64,000 nucleotides of DNA from Macrostomum hystrix. Its lineage: Eukaryota > Animalia > Platyhelminthes. The notes beneath the pieces are model-generated. The model was not told where the DNA came from. It was given only the letters and a program-made list of their open reading frames with translations, and did not search any database. The DNA lies in NCBI GenBank assembly GCA_950097015.1, contig CATNEN010000009.1:372001-436000 (forward strand). Reading direction: 5' to 3'. The position numbers and the translations under genes were made by a program. Each line of letters opens with the position of its first letter. The stretch's first letter is position 1. Below are positions 12,001 through 23,122 of this stretch, piece after piece.

Positions 12001-14006
12001 GTTGTGACAACAACATGTCACAACCTCGAGGGATCGTGGAAACTGCCTGAGAGCGCGTGAAATGCTTTGCTTGCCTGAAAAGGCCTGAGTGATTTAAGTG
12101 AGACTCCATGTAGGTCAATAGAGAGAATTTTATAGTTAGATTCTTGCCTTTGGCAGTTGATGTGCAATTTAGTGAGACTGTGGTGACCTATGATATATGG
12201 TGGCCACTCAAAGCATTGTGGTCCCTGAAATGCTCAAGTACTTTGTCCATGGACAGCACCTAAGAGCAGCTAAGACACCCGCAGCTTAGTCGCAGGCCTT
12301 ACTGGTAGACGTATTTGGAACTCTCGTCGATCCACTGAAGCCGGCCTGGGCAGACGTTGCTGCACAGCACGCGGTCGGGCACGTTGTCGAAGCGGACCTC
12401 CTTGAGGAACTCGGGGCGCACGATGGCGGCCCACTTGATGGATTTGTAATAGCAGAGCTTTGGTGCGTTTTCAACCCGCACGCCACCGCGCCCGATGTAG
12501 CGCAGGGAGGGCAGGGACATGTCCTGCAGGTCAGGCAAGTCAAAGATCACCAGCGCGTAATTCTCGTGCGTGCTGAAGCCGCGGATGACCGTCAGGCGAG
12601 GAAACAGGCCGGCCAGGCTCGTCAGGTTCTTCAGCCTGTACAGCACCAGGAAGCCGGATATCTCGCGTAGGTTGGGAAAGCTGAGATCGTTGCTCATCTC
12701 CATCATGCTCAGCACCACAGAGCCGTCAATCACAGTGCAGTGGCTGTAGTTATAGGCCTTGAAGGAGGTCCGCATTGCGTGGCTCACTGGGTCGCAGACT
12801 GCGGGAAGCAAGTCAATGCACTTTAATGGTCTGAATTGAATTGAACTGAATTGCCTGGCATAAGCAGTTAATGTACTTGAACTGAATTGCCTGGCATAAG
12901 CAGTTAATGTACTTGAACTGAATTGCCTGGCATAAGCAGTTAATGTACTTGAACTGAATTGCCTGGCATAAGCAGTTAGTGTACTTGAACTGAATTGCCT
13001 GGCATAAGCAGCTAATGTACTTGAACTGAATTGCCTGGCATAAGCAGCTAATGTACTTGAACTAAATTGCATGGCATAAGTAGCTAATGTACTTGAACTG
13101 AATTGTCTGGCATAAGCAGCTAATGTCCTTGAACTGAATTGCCTGGCATAATCAGTTAATGTACTTGAACTGAATTGCCTGGCATAAGCAGCTAATGTAC
13201 TTGAACTGAATTGCCTGGCATAAGCAGCTAATGTACTTGAACTGAATTGCCTGGCATAAGCAGCTAATGTACTTGAACTGAATTGCCTGGCATAAGCAGC
13301 TAATGTACTTGAACTGAATTGCCTGGCATAAGCAGCTAATGTACTTGAACTGAATTGCCTGGCATAAGCAGCTAATGTACTTGAACTGAATTGCCTGGCA
13401 TAAGCAGCTAATGTACTTGAACTGAATTGCCTGGCATAAGCAGCTAATGTACTTGAACTAAATTGCATGGCATAAGAATATAGCCTGAAAGAAGCAGCTA
13501 ATGTACTTGGATAGCCTGAAAGAAGCAGCTAATGTACTTGGATAGCCTGAAAGAAGCAGCTAATGTACTTGGATAGCCTGAAAGAAGCAGCTAATGTACT
13601 TGGATAGCCTGAAAGAAGCAGCTAATGTACTTGGATAGCCTGAAAGAAGCAGCTAATGTACTTGGATAGCCTGAAAGAAGCAGCTAATGTACTTGGATAG
13701 CCTGAAAGAAGCAGCTAATGTACTTGGATAGCCTGAAAGAAGCAGCTAATGTACTTGGATAGCCTGAAAGAAGCAGCTAAACAGGATGGTACGTGAATTG
13801 GTTTCTCTGACAGAAGTTACCAAATCATCACATAATCTTACATGTGATGAATCTTATGTAATCACTGAATCTTACATACTATGAAAAACACTAGTAAATG
13901 AAAAATAAAGCAGTTTTCATGGAACATAAGAATAATTACCCTTGCTGTTTGCTAAACCGGTAATTAGTGTCAGCAACAGCAGCAGCAACAGAGGCTGCTG
14001 TGCCAT
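1..14006 (-). CDS. INSR: Insulin/IGF-like receptor tyrosine kinase, 5' (ectodomain) portion; gene continues past the window start
   Basis: Phase-consistent GT-AG exons: 14006-13940 (signal peptide MAQQPLLLLLLLTLITGLANSK); 12798-12303 (L1: HCTVIDGS, FPNLREISGFLVLYRL, NYALVIFDLPDL); 10031-9493 (furin-like Cys-rich: CCHSACLGGC, KGCTSI); 7107-6945 and 6206-6038 (L2: LTSLSFLSNLRVVHG, NRRLC); 4735-4319 (TNGDLAYC, FnIII-1); 2616-2081 (FnIII-2 WKPPLVPNGRVTHY, alpha-CT-like FEDTLLRIMF); 380-<1 (basic cleavage region RRFR/RLGRR). Domain order is that of the insulin receptor family. Confidence 0.93.
468..850. repeat. 20-bp minisatellite GGACGCGGATTAGGGTGAAT (~19 copies), one TTAGGG per unit
   Basis: Direct tandem repeat visible in INSR intron 7. 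Confidence 0.95.
1466..2055. repeat. Mosaic CCCAGACCACAG / CCAGCCCAAAG minisatellite
   Basis: Tandem mosaic array in INSR intron 7, beginning about 25 nt from the exon 7 donor; source of spurious ORFs 1423-2250 etc. Confidence 0.9.
2636..3350. repeat. 36-bp minisatellite TGCTCATCCGATACTGCTCATCGAGCACTGGCTTAC
   Basis: About 19 tandem copies in INSR intron 6, next to the exon 7 acceptor. Confidence 0.95.
3940..4300. repeat. GGCAGACAGG-based mosaic minisatellite
   Basis: Tandem array beside the INSR exon 6 donor. Confidence 0.9.
5190..5507. repeat. 53-bp minisatellite (~6 copies)
   Basis: Unit CAGCCACTGCCTCCTGTTGCTCCTGTCCACTCTGCCCTGTCCCGATTGTCCAG, in INSR intron 5. Confidence 0.95.
5645..6030. 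repeat. 16-bp minisatellite GAATAATAGTTCACTT grading into GCACAATTGTTCACTC
   Basis: Tandem array running up to the INSR exon 5 donor (6037). Confidence 0.93.
6244..6823. repeat. 26-bp minisatellite GAAACTGGCACTGGAGTGTCTGCACT
   Basis: About 22 copies filling INSR intron 4. Confidence 0.95.
7272..8541. repeat. 39-bp minisatellite GAAGATGAGATTCCTGACATTGGGTGATTTGAGAGACTT (~32 copies)
   Basis: Tandem array in INSR intron 3; source of the artefactual (KMRFLTLGDLRDL)n ORF. Confidence 0.96.
10160..11130. repeat. 28-bp minisatellite CAATGACACGAATCACACTCAAATATCC
   Basis: Tandem array in INSR intron 2. Confidence 0.94.
12835..13778. repeat. Adjacent 36-bp (GAACTGAATTGCCTGGCATAAGCAGCTAATGTACTT) and 31-bp (GGATAGCCTGAAAGAAGCAGCTAATGTACTT) minisatellites
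   Basis: Two arrays in INSR intron 1 sharing AGCAGCTAATGTACTTG; switch near 13480. Confidence 0.94.
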
Positions 14007-14324
14007 CAGGCAGTGAAGGCCGCGGCAGGGCTGAAAGTAACAGGCGGTGAGCAGTCTAAATTGCAGAGTATGGGGATCCTAAATATCATATATTTTAGAA
14101 GCGTTAATATTAGAATGGAAGGTGCATAAATCTTAACAAATCACATTTTATAAAATGTGACAATTTGCAAGGCAAGTTTTGCCTTTATTTTAGTAATCCG
14201 GATTCAAAGAAAGACGACCCGCCTAAGCTTAATTAGAACGACAAATTTTTATGTTCAAATTGACAATGCAATTGTTGCAAATCAGATTCTTTCCTATAAA
14301 TTAATCCCATTTCAAATAGCGGCT

Positions 14325-14673
14325 GGCACCAGATAGCGCCAGATTCAGGTAGAATGGAACTGGAAATGGCACCAGATAGTGCCAGATTCAAGTAGAATGG
14401 CACTGGAAATGGCACCAGATTGCGCCAGATTCAAGTAGAACAGCACTGGAAATGGAAACAGATAGCGCCAGATTCAAGTAGAACAGCACTGGAAATGGCA
14501 CCAGATTGCGCCAGATTCAAGTAGAATGGCACTGGAAATGGAACCAGATAGCGCCAGATTCTGGTAAAATGGCACTGGAAATCGAACCAGATAGCGCCAG
14601 ATTCAGGTAGAATGGCACTAGAAATGGCACCAGATAGTGCCAGATTCAGGTAGAATGGCACTGGAAATGGCAC
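14325..14673. repeat. 43-bp minisatellite (~8 copies)
   Basis: Unit TGGAAATGGCACCAGATAGCGCCAGATTCAAGTAGAATGGCAC, upstream of the INSR ATG. Confidence 0.9.
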
Positions 14674-15217
14674 CTAGAGGCTGCAGTTCCATCATAGCGA
14701 AGCTCACAATCGGTAGCGTAATCAATGAGAGACGAGCAAGGCTCAGATGAAAAGCAAATTCCTGTTTAAGCACTAGCTACAACAATGCTACTACAACTCA
14801 GGGGAATGAAATCGCATTGAGCTAGCAGCAATTCCAATTGGCGGCAGGATCAATGAGCGGACATCGCACTGAATATCACAAAAAAACTGCTCTCTAGACT
14901 GGAATCCTGCGGTCTGTCCTCGCATGAAAATTGCTGTGTTGCGCAGAGCATGTTCTGAGTTACAATGCCTTGATCGGCTCATCTCTCGGTAACCAGGAAA
15001 TCGCAGCACTCTGGCAAACTTGAGCCAGGCATTTAATGCAAGCAGTGCATATTGGCGGGAATGCCATTGTCAGTCAGTTTGAATAGCTTGGCTGCTCGGG
15101 TGAGCAAAACAGTGTGCAGTGCCACCTCCGCACCAGCTATGCTTTTCCTCTATCAAGAATGGGCCCAGTCGAGCGCAACATTAGGAGTAGCCCAGAAGCC
15201 TAAATCGAATAAGAAGC

Positions 15218-16187
15218 ATGATGTGAGCTGAGCGTCTGTGTCACCTGTGACTTATCGCAGGGCAAACAAGTCAGCTATTAGCTATGAAAGAATGAATAAT
15301 ATGATGTGAGCTGAGCGTCTGTGTCACCTGTGACTTATCGCAGGGCAAACAAGTTAGCTATTAGCTATGAAAGAATGAATAATATGATGTGAGCTGAGCG
15401 TCTGTGTCACCTGTGACTTATCGCAGGGCAAACAAGTCAGCTATTAGCTATGAAAGAATGAATAATATGATGTGAGCTGAGCGTCTGTGTCACCTGTGAC
15501 TTATCGCAGGGCAAACAAGTTAGCTATTAGCTATGAAAGAATGAATAATATGATGTGAGCTGAGCGTCTGTGTCACCTGTGCCTTATCGCAGGGCAAACA
15601 AGTTAGCTATTAGCTATGAAAGAATGAATAATATGATGTGAGCTGAGCGTCTGTGTCACCTGTGCCTTATCGCAGGGCAAACAAGTTAGCTATTAGCTAT
15701 GAAAGAATGAATAATATGATGTGAGCTGAGCGTCTGTGTCACCTGTGACTTATCGCAGGGCAAACAAGTTAGCTATTAGCTATGAAAGAATGAATAATAT
15801 GATGTGAGCTGAGCGTCTGTGTCACCTGTGACTTATCGCAGGGCAAACAAGTTAGCTATTAGCTATGAAAGAATGAATAATATGATGTGAGCTGAGCGTC
15901 TGTGTCACCTGTGACTTATCGCAGGGCAAACAAGTCAGCTATTAGCTATGAAAGAATGAATAATATGATGTGAGCTGAGCGTCTGTGTCACCTGTGACTT
16001 ATCGCAGGGCAAACAAGTTAGCTATTAGCTATGAAAGAATGAATAATATGATGTGAGCTGAGCGTCTGTGTCACCTGTGACTTATCGCAGGGCAAACAAG
16101 TCAGCTATTAGCTATGAAAGAATGAATAATATGATGTGAGCTGAGCGTGTGTCACCTGTGACTTATCGCAGGGCAAACAAGTCAGCA
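15218..16187. repeat. 83-bp minisatellite (~11.5 near-identical copies)
   Basis: Unit starts ATGATGTGAGCTGAGCGTCTGTGTCACCTGTGACTTATCGCAGGG; period 83 counted. Confidence 0.96.
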
Positions 16188-19100
16188 GGGTTATGTGAGC
16201 CATGGGGAATCTTGAGTTTCTGGGTGCAGACGCAGCTGGGGACTCTTACAGTGAACAGCAAGTGCTCGCACTCGCATAGATGCTGAGAACTCAAGAGAGG
16301 AAAAGACTCGATAAATAGAACGGGAAGGGGAAATGGAGGACTGAAAGGGGGGATAAGGGGCCCCGCAAAAAAGACTGTGAAACAGCACATGGCGACTTGA
16401 CAGAACTGCAGAAAGAGAAGACACTTAAAAAACGGAGAATGGGAATCGGCTTGGGAAAATAGTAGATAAAATGAGGATAGGCAGTAAGTGCTGGGGCAAA
16501 GGAAGCTGCTGCTGCTGCAGCGGGCAAGGTGAAAGGAAGGATTTGAGTTTTAACAACTGTTGACACATCTGCCGATGGCATTGGGCCAGACTGTGGGAGC
16601 AAACATGTGATCCCGGCTGACAGCAGCCTGCCAGATGGGGGCAGGATGGGCCATTGTCTCAGCTGCCTCACTGCAGCTCTAGAAATATAATTTCAGCCAT
16701 TTTCATTGAGATAACGAAGAGCAGCAGCTACATGCTCCATCAAAACAATAGCGGTGGGTAGATAAGTGCAGAATTCAGTTTAACTGCACTGTCAATAAAC
16801 ACGCTTTGCAAAACTATGAAGCAGGAAAAAATCACCCTAATCATCCTCTAGTTTCAAATCATATCTAGTTTTTGCTATTTGTCTATAAGGTCTATGTGAA
16901 GATGGTCAAGCGTTTAAGGATTGGAAACAGCAGCAGAAATAAGTAGAGTTGCCCCATAGCTTCAGATATGCCTATGAGAAGCTACAGATATAGAAATTTT
17001 TAATTATGGATATGATATGCTTATGGGAACTATTGTTTCCCCTATATAGCTCCCCTGTCTATAATTTTTCACAACTCAAATAGTTCCCACTAAAGCCTTA
17101 TAGAAATTTTAATGCCACATGCGAATTTTGGAGTCCATTTTAATTACTCCCCAGCCTGTCAGGTACTTCTAAGCAAATGTACTTCTTTTTAAGTTATTTT
17201 GACTGTCTGTGGTGGAAACTAATATTTCCCTTGTGTAGTGCTGGGGACTTACTGCAATAATAAGAGTCACATAACTCTGTAAATAAGTAATTCACATTAG
17301 TTATGTGATGGTATAGGAAGCGATGGGGGTACTGGAAGTTAAGGACATAAAAACGAAAGGAAGTTTTTGAGATACAGGTATAAGATAAGATAATTTTGGA
17401 TATAAGATATAATGTTGGTATAAGATAATGTTGGATAAGAAGAACACTTAACTCAAGAAAGTAGTTAATGCATAGTTGAACCCCAAAGCCTTCAGCAAAA
17501 CAAGAAGTATGCTTGTCTGCTTTTATGGCTGCAGGAACTAGCAAGCAAGAACTAGCAAGTACTAGCAAGAACACAGGCTACCAATAATTAATAATTTGTT
17601 AAATATTAACTTACTAATAATACTATAAATATAGACACTAATATTAATACTACGATGTTACTATTATTATTACTAATATTAATACTCGTACTAATACTAA
17701 TAGTATGAATTAACAGAGAATTAACCACAATATACATTTATTTAAAGGCGATTACTAAAGCTACAAGTATATACTAGCTATATATTCTAGCTAGCTATAT
17801 TATTTTATTTACTACATTTTTATTACTAAAAAAGCAAAAAATGTTGTGTTGACTTTACAATACCCCTTTACACTGAGTACAAACTCATAGTCCAGATCAT
17901 GTTGGGTGCATGCCAGAAAGAATATGGTGAAAATTATATTTGCAAGCAAGGGTTAAACAGCTTTTTAATTGCATGCCAGTCTAGGCCAGTATGGCAAGCA
18001 GAACATTTTAATCAGGACAAAACTGATTGTAATTTGAAAAATTCTTAACATATTGTTTTATTAAAAAGGACAAATTTGTTTGCTTACTATATTTAACTAA
18101 AAGCTATGGAGCATATAACAATAATCTAATTTAAGTATTTAGAGTCTGATTTAAAATTCGAAATATTTATACAACTGAAAGAACACATTGATTAGGTCAT
18201 ATAAAGTCAATAATGCTTAATATAGTTATATTAAATTTTAACTACAGTTCATTATGGGTTTTACACTAATACTGCATTCTTATTGCACAATTCACAACTA
18301 TCAAATGTTGATAATACACATTAAAAAGCTACAGATTTGATCTTTGTTTATTGCACATATACATACCAAATATGTCAATGTGCATGTGAACCTCTTGAAA
18401 TATCCACCAATGCACGCCATCCATGCCAGCCCAAAGAAAATGCATGCCAGAATTTTCTTGCTCTATACATGATCGATACAAGATAGGCCATATTGCGGAA
18501 GGAGGGGTGAATACTGGAATTTTCTGGCATACACTTGAGTTCTGTGGCATACACCAGTGTACATTTCTTGGCTGTGTACAGTGTGGCATACATGACTGGC
18601 ATACAAATTAATATAAAGTTTTTTGTGCATTTTCTGTGTTAAGTTATTTCTAAAAACTTTTTTCTGATACTATTTTCTCATTTACTAATCATTTAAATTA
18701 CCAGTATTGTCACAACAATTGTCATGTTGTTAATAAATGTTTGTAATTTAAATTTAAATTTAATTTTTCATCAATTTTTTTCCTGTTTAACAGTTTATAA
18801 TTATAATATTCTGTTCTGAAATAAAATTTCATAAAATAAAATAAAAGTTGCGATAGGCAAGTAGCACATAATTTTTGTTGGCACACATTAAGAAAGTTGG
18901 CATACATTTAAAATTTGTTGGCGTATAATTGAATTTTCAATGAAAATGTGTCAGGCATACACAGAAAACCTTCCGCAATATGGAAGATGGGTGTAAACAT
19001 CTTGTGATCATTGATGAGATAGTCAAAAATCATATTTAAAAAATATATTATATCTTTCAGAAAAGAAAGTACAGTACTTATGGCTATATAAAAATATATG

Positions 19101-20884
19101 GCCTAAAGCCAAATATATCAGCAAATTAAAGTTAACTGAAAAAAAATAATTAAAAAAACAGAAGTGGTAATATTCTAAGTTTCCATTTGTTATATTATTT
19201 TTTTGTTTGAATTCATGCCATACCACTCACACATGCATTCTGAGTTTGAAAAGTTGTGCTGACGTGGCTTTGCCGTGACTTGACACTTGGATCTATGTCT
19301 ATGGCAAAATCTGGCAAATATGGGGGAACAGGAAGCTAAGGCACAGAAATTCTGCAGCTGAAGATTTTGCAAAGGCCAAGCTGCATCAATTGCATGGCAC
19401 AAGTGCTGCTCTATTCGAAAGCACCTCGAAGAATTCTCCTCCTCTACTGGATTAGGCACTTACCCGGTTTGAAAGAAGAAATACTTTACAGAACTGTCTG
19501 ACCAAACTACTGACTTTTTGTTACAGTTAAACTTGTTTTTTGTTGTGATCTGTCGTTTGCAAACAAAAAAATAATATAATGAATGGAAGTAGAACATTGC
19601 CATTGCCAATACTTTTGTTTGTGACAAACTGGCAGTAAGTTAGTGTCTAAAGTTTCAGCCTTTAAAACTGTTAAACAATTAATAAATGGATAACAGCACA
19701 GCAAGCACTGGATAAAAAACATTCAAAAAAGAGTTTGCCAAAAAAAGAAAAATTCTGGCAAATGTAAGTATTTATATAATTAAAAAATAATTTATGAATG
19801 AAGGTGAAGCTTATCGCTTTGCATTTTTGTAAAAAAAGTTACTGAAAAATTCGAAACTATATTTACTCAACAAGTAAATCATCTAGTGGCAAATAGTTGA
19901 CAGACGACAGTGTCACTGATATCAATGGTCGGACAATATACAACTAGCAATGTTTCTTAGAAGTTCTGACAAAATCAAATATAATAATAATCTGCTTAGA
20001 GAAAAATTTAATTTAGCCTTTTAGATATTTTTTAGGTAAAAAACAATATTTAAGTTTGCACCCTTGAATAAATAGTTGTATTAACGGGTCAAAAGTATAA
20101 AAAATAGATTCAAGTTTGTTTTTGTCACCTACTCTTAAATAACACCGGTCGACATTTCTTAACTTGGTTTTGAATGGATTACAACTCTCTGCATAAAATT
20201 TGTGTTGTAACATGCACTTAAGATAGTATTAGATAAATAAGAATGGATATCGCTTGCAATCCTGTAACAGAGTTTATATTGGTCAGAGCGAGAAAATTGC
20301 ACTGTTACAAATAGTTCTGAACTGCCGTAAATTGACAGCGGCGCGATGAAAGATTTAAGCCAAAATAAGTTTTAAAAAGGTAAGTGATGTCGCCCGTTTT
20401 CGCTTCCCGCTTAAACAGGCGCTACCGGCTTCGGGAAAGCAATCGGAAAACCGGGCCTCATTCGTCCGTGACTACTCCACCTCTGATCCACCTCTACTCC
20501 ACCTACTCCACCTCCACCTCTGCACTTGAAAGCTTTGGGTACATGACTGAGTGGCCTGCAAGATCCCAGGGACCAGGTTGTGAAATGGTAAAAACAGCTA
20601 GGCTGCCACCAGCCACCTGCGGGGCAGCACAACCGACTGACCCTGACGAAATGGGGCTTCCGCTCTAAAAGAGAAAGTACTTTTGGATCACCCCAAGGTC
20701 CATGGCCTAAAAAGGAACTCTATGCGAGGATTCTCAGCTGGGAGAAGCTAGACTGTTCAGCAAGAGAGAGGACTTTTGCTTGGGGAATTCTCAGGGATCC
20801 AGCTAAGCCAGAGAGTTTATGGACACCTGGCCATGCAGCGTGGCAAGCAGCGGCCCTATCACTCATGGTCATGTCAAAAACTCG

Positions 20885-22850
20885 AGCGACTTCAAGTTCT
20901 TCAATTCAGCCTTAATGGCTTTAGCGGCAATGTGGCGAGCTCAGCCATCCTCTCACGAGCAGACAGATTGACGTGGCTGCCGTTCAGGAAACCAAGCTGC
21001 GGCCCAACTCCAAGTTTCACATCGACGGCTACGAAGTCATTATGGTTGAGAGACAGCACAACAAAGGCGGTGGCCTGTGCATCCTCGTCAAATCTGGCCT
21101 CAATTACCATTCCATTGTCAAGCTGCCTAGCCATGCTACTCAACCTGCCGAACGCCTGTCCGTTACCATTGTTTCCGGGCAAGACAGCCTACGCATTCAC
21201 AACTGCTATGTCCCACCTGCCAGCTCCTGTCCTGCGGTTTACAGCTCGACCCTGCGTCGTTCCTGGAGAAAACCTCGGTCGGGACTCATCTGGTACTTGG
21301 CGAATTCAATGCGCACAATGTTCTTTGGTACTCTCCCCTCTCCGACTCTCGGGGAGACAGGCTGGCCGAATTCTTCCTGGAACAAGGCATCGCTGTCCTC
21401 AACGAAGATGCCCCACGCGGCTTCCTCAGTCCGGGCAACCAACCTCTCCGGACATCAGCCTCGCCACCTTGGACATCTTTATGTACTGCGAGTGGGAGAC
21501 CCTTGTCACGTTGGGCTCGGATCATCTGCCAATCCTGCTTACCATTAACGCCATGGAGTCTCCGGTGCCGGCTACTCAACGCTCGTTTGTCAACTTTAAG
21601 AGGGCGAACTGGGAGATCGAATGCGAAGATCGCTTCGAGAAGCTTCCCGCTCCCAGGCATCCCCATTCTGGAGAGCAAGCCTTCAGGCAAGCCGTTCTTC
21701 AAGCAGCCAAGCATCATATCCCGGCGGGAAAAATCCGTCTTTTCCGTCCTAACTTCGCACCGGAACCTGACGCCCTCTGCAAGAGAAGAGACCTCATTCG
21801 CGCGTACAACCCACAGTCGGAAGACATTCCCCTAATTCAAGATGAAATCAACCAGATCTGCTCCAACTTCCGCCGCGCGAATTGGAGAGAAAAACTTGAG
21901 CATGTCAGCATCAAGCACCAAGTCTCCGAACTGTGGCGAACTATCAAGAATCTTAATGGAAAGGCCACAAAGAAAACTGTGCAGGCATCATTTTTGACGA
22001 GCTCCCTCTTACCGACCCAAAGCGTATTGCCAAAGCCTTCAACAAGCAGTTCTTTGATCAAACTAACCCGGCCACCTCGAAAGACAGAAGCCACAAAAGG
22101 GAGATCAGACACTCTCCCACCAGCGGCTTTCTGCTCACGTCCATGGACGTCACGTTGGCCATCAAAAGCTCCGCGCCGTCCAAAGCCACAGGCCCGGATG
22201 GCCTCTCCCCTATCGTCCTGAAGCACCTCGGCCTAAGGTGAATCGCCTTCCTTCGCTGCCTTTTCAATTGAGTCTTACCACCAGCACCGTTCCAAGCACC
22301 TGGACCTCGGCCAAGGTTATGCCTCTCCTCAAAGCGGGCAAAGACGCCACTCTCAGCTCGTCCTACAGGCCCATTTCCATCCTCTCTCCAGCTGCCAAGC
22401 TGCTGGAAAAGTGCCTGCTGTCCACCTTTCAGAGTGCGTTTCCACTTCCCAGCTGGCAGCATGGCTTCCGTGCTGGGCACTCCACCGCCTCTGCCCTCAC
22501 CAGTCTTACTAGCTTCATCAGCAATGGCTTTTATCAACCTAAACCTGCTGAGAGGACACTGCTCGTCGCGCTTGATCTACAAAAAGCCTTCGACAAAGTT
22601 AATCACATCAAGCTCCACCGGATGCTCTGCAACTCCAGCCTGCCGAAATGTCTCACCAGGTGACTCAGTGCGTACCTCTGCGGTCGGAGCAGGAGAGTCC
22701 TCTTTCGTGGCTCGCTCTCCCCGGCCAGGCGTCTTAGAGCGGGCGTGCCTCAGGGAGGGGTTCCGTCCCCACTCCTCTTCGCCTTCTACATGAGGGACAT
22801 CCCGGCTCCTCCTGTCAAGATCCTGCTGACGCAGTATGCCGACGGTTTAC
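20885..22850 (+). mobile_element. Decayed non-LTR retrotransposon (LINE ORF2: APE endonuclease + reverse transcriptase), frameshifted and 3'-truncated
   Basis: APE motifs LQVLQF..NG, DVAAVQETKL, GGGLCILVK, GEFNAH, PDIS, GSDHLPI. RT motifs KATGPDG, SYRPISIL, QHGFRAGHST, LDLQKAFDKV, GVPQG, QYADG. These lie in at least three frames with a stop, and the sequence ends right after the YADD-type motif. Confidence 0.92.
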
Positions 22851-23122
22851 ACCAAAGGCCCTAGTGTCACCAACCTGGCAAATGTCAGAGTGGAATATTT
22901 GAGATTAAATTACGAAAAATAGCAAAACACTTAGTGTACTTATTTCCCTATTGCGTGTTCCTTGAAACGCGTACATTTGCAATAAGGATGAGAGCACTTC
23001 GAGTAAATTCATTCAGTTAAGATTTACCATAGACATGCTGAAAACTGGCGCGTTTTGCCTCATTCATAACTTCAATTCGGTTTTACTAACTGAATGCACA
23101 TTATATTTGATGAACATGAAAA

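Noticed and set aside
15218-16187. Regular 83-bp, 77-bp and 48-52-bp arrays as CRISPR arrays
   Set aside because: No unique spacers (units are head-to-tail copies), no cas genes, eukaryotic intron-exon context.
20430-20460. 2A-like ENPGP-type motif upstream of the LINE (Ingi-like)
   Set aside because: Needs a frameshift and lacks the D(V/I)ExNPGP consensus.
20595-20690. Hammerhead or HDV-like ribozyme in the LINE 5' region (CTGACGA...GAAA; GCTGCC/GGCAGC stem)
   Set aside because: Required stems and spacing could not be built by hand; an Infernal search with Rfam ribozyme models would settle it.
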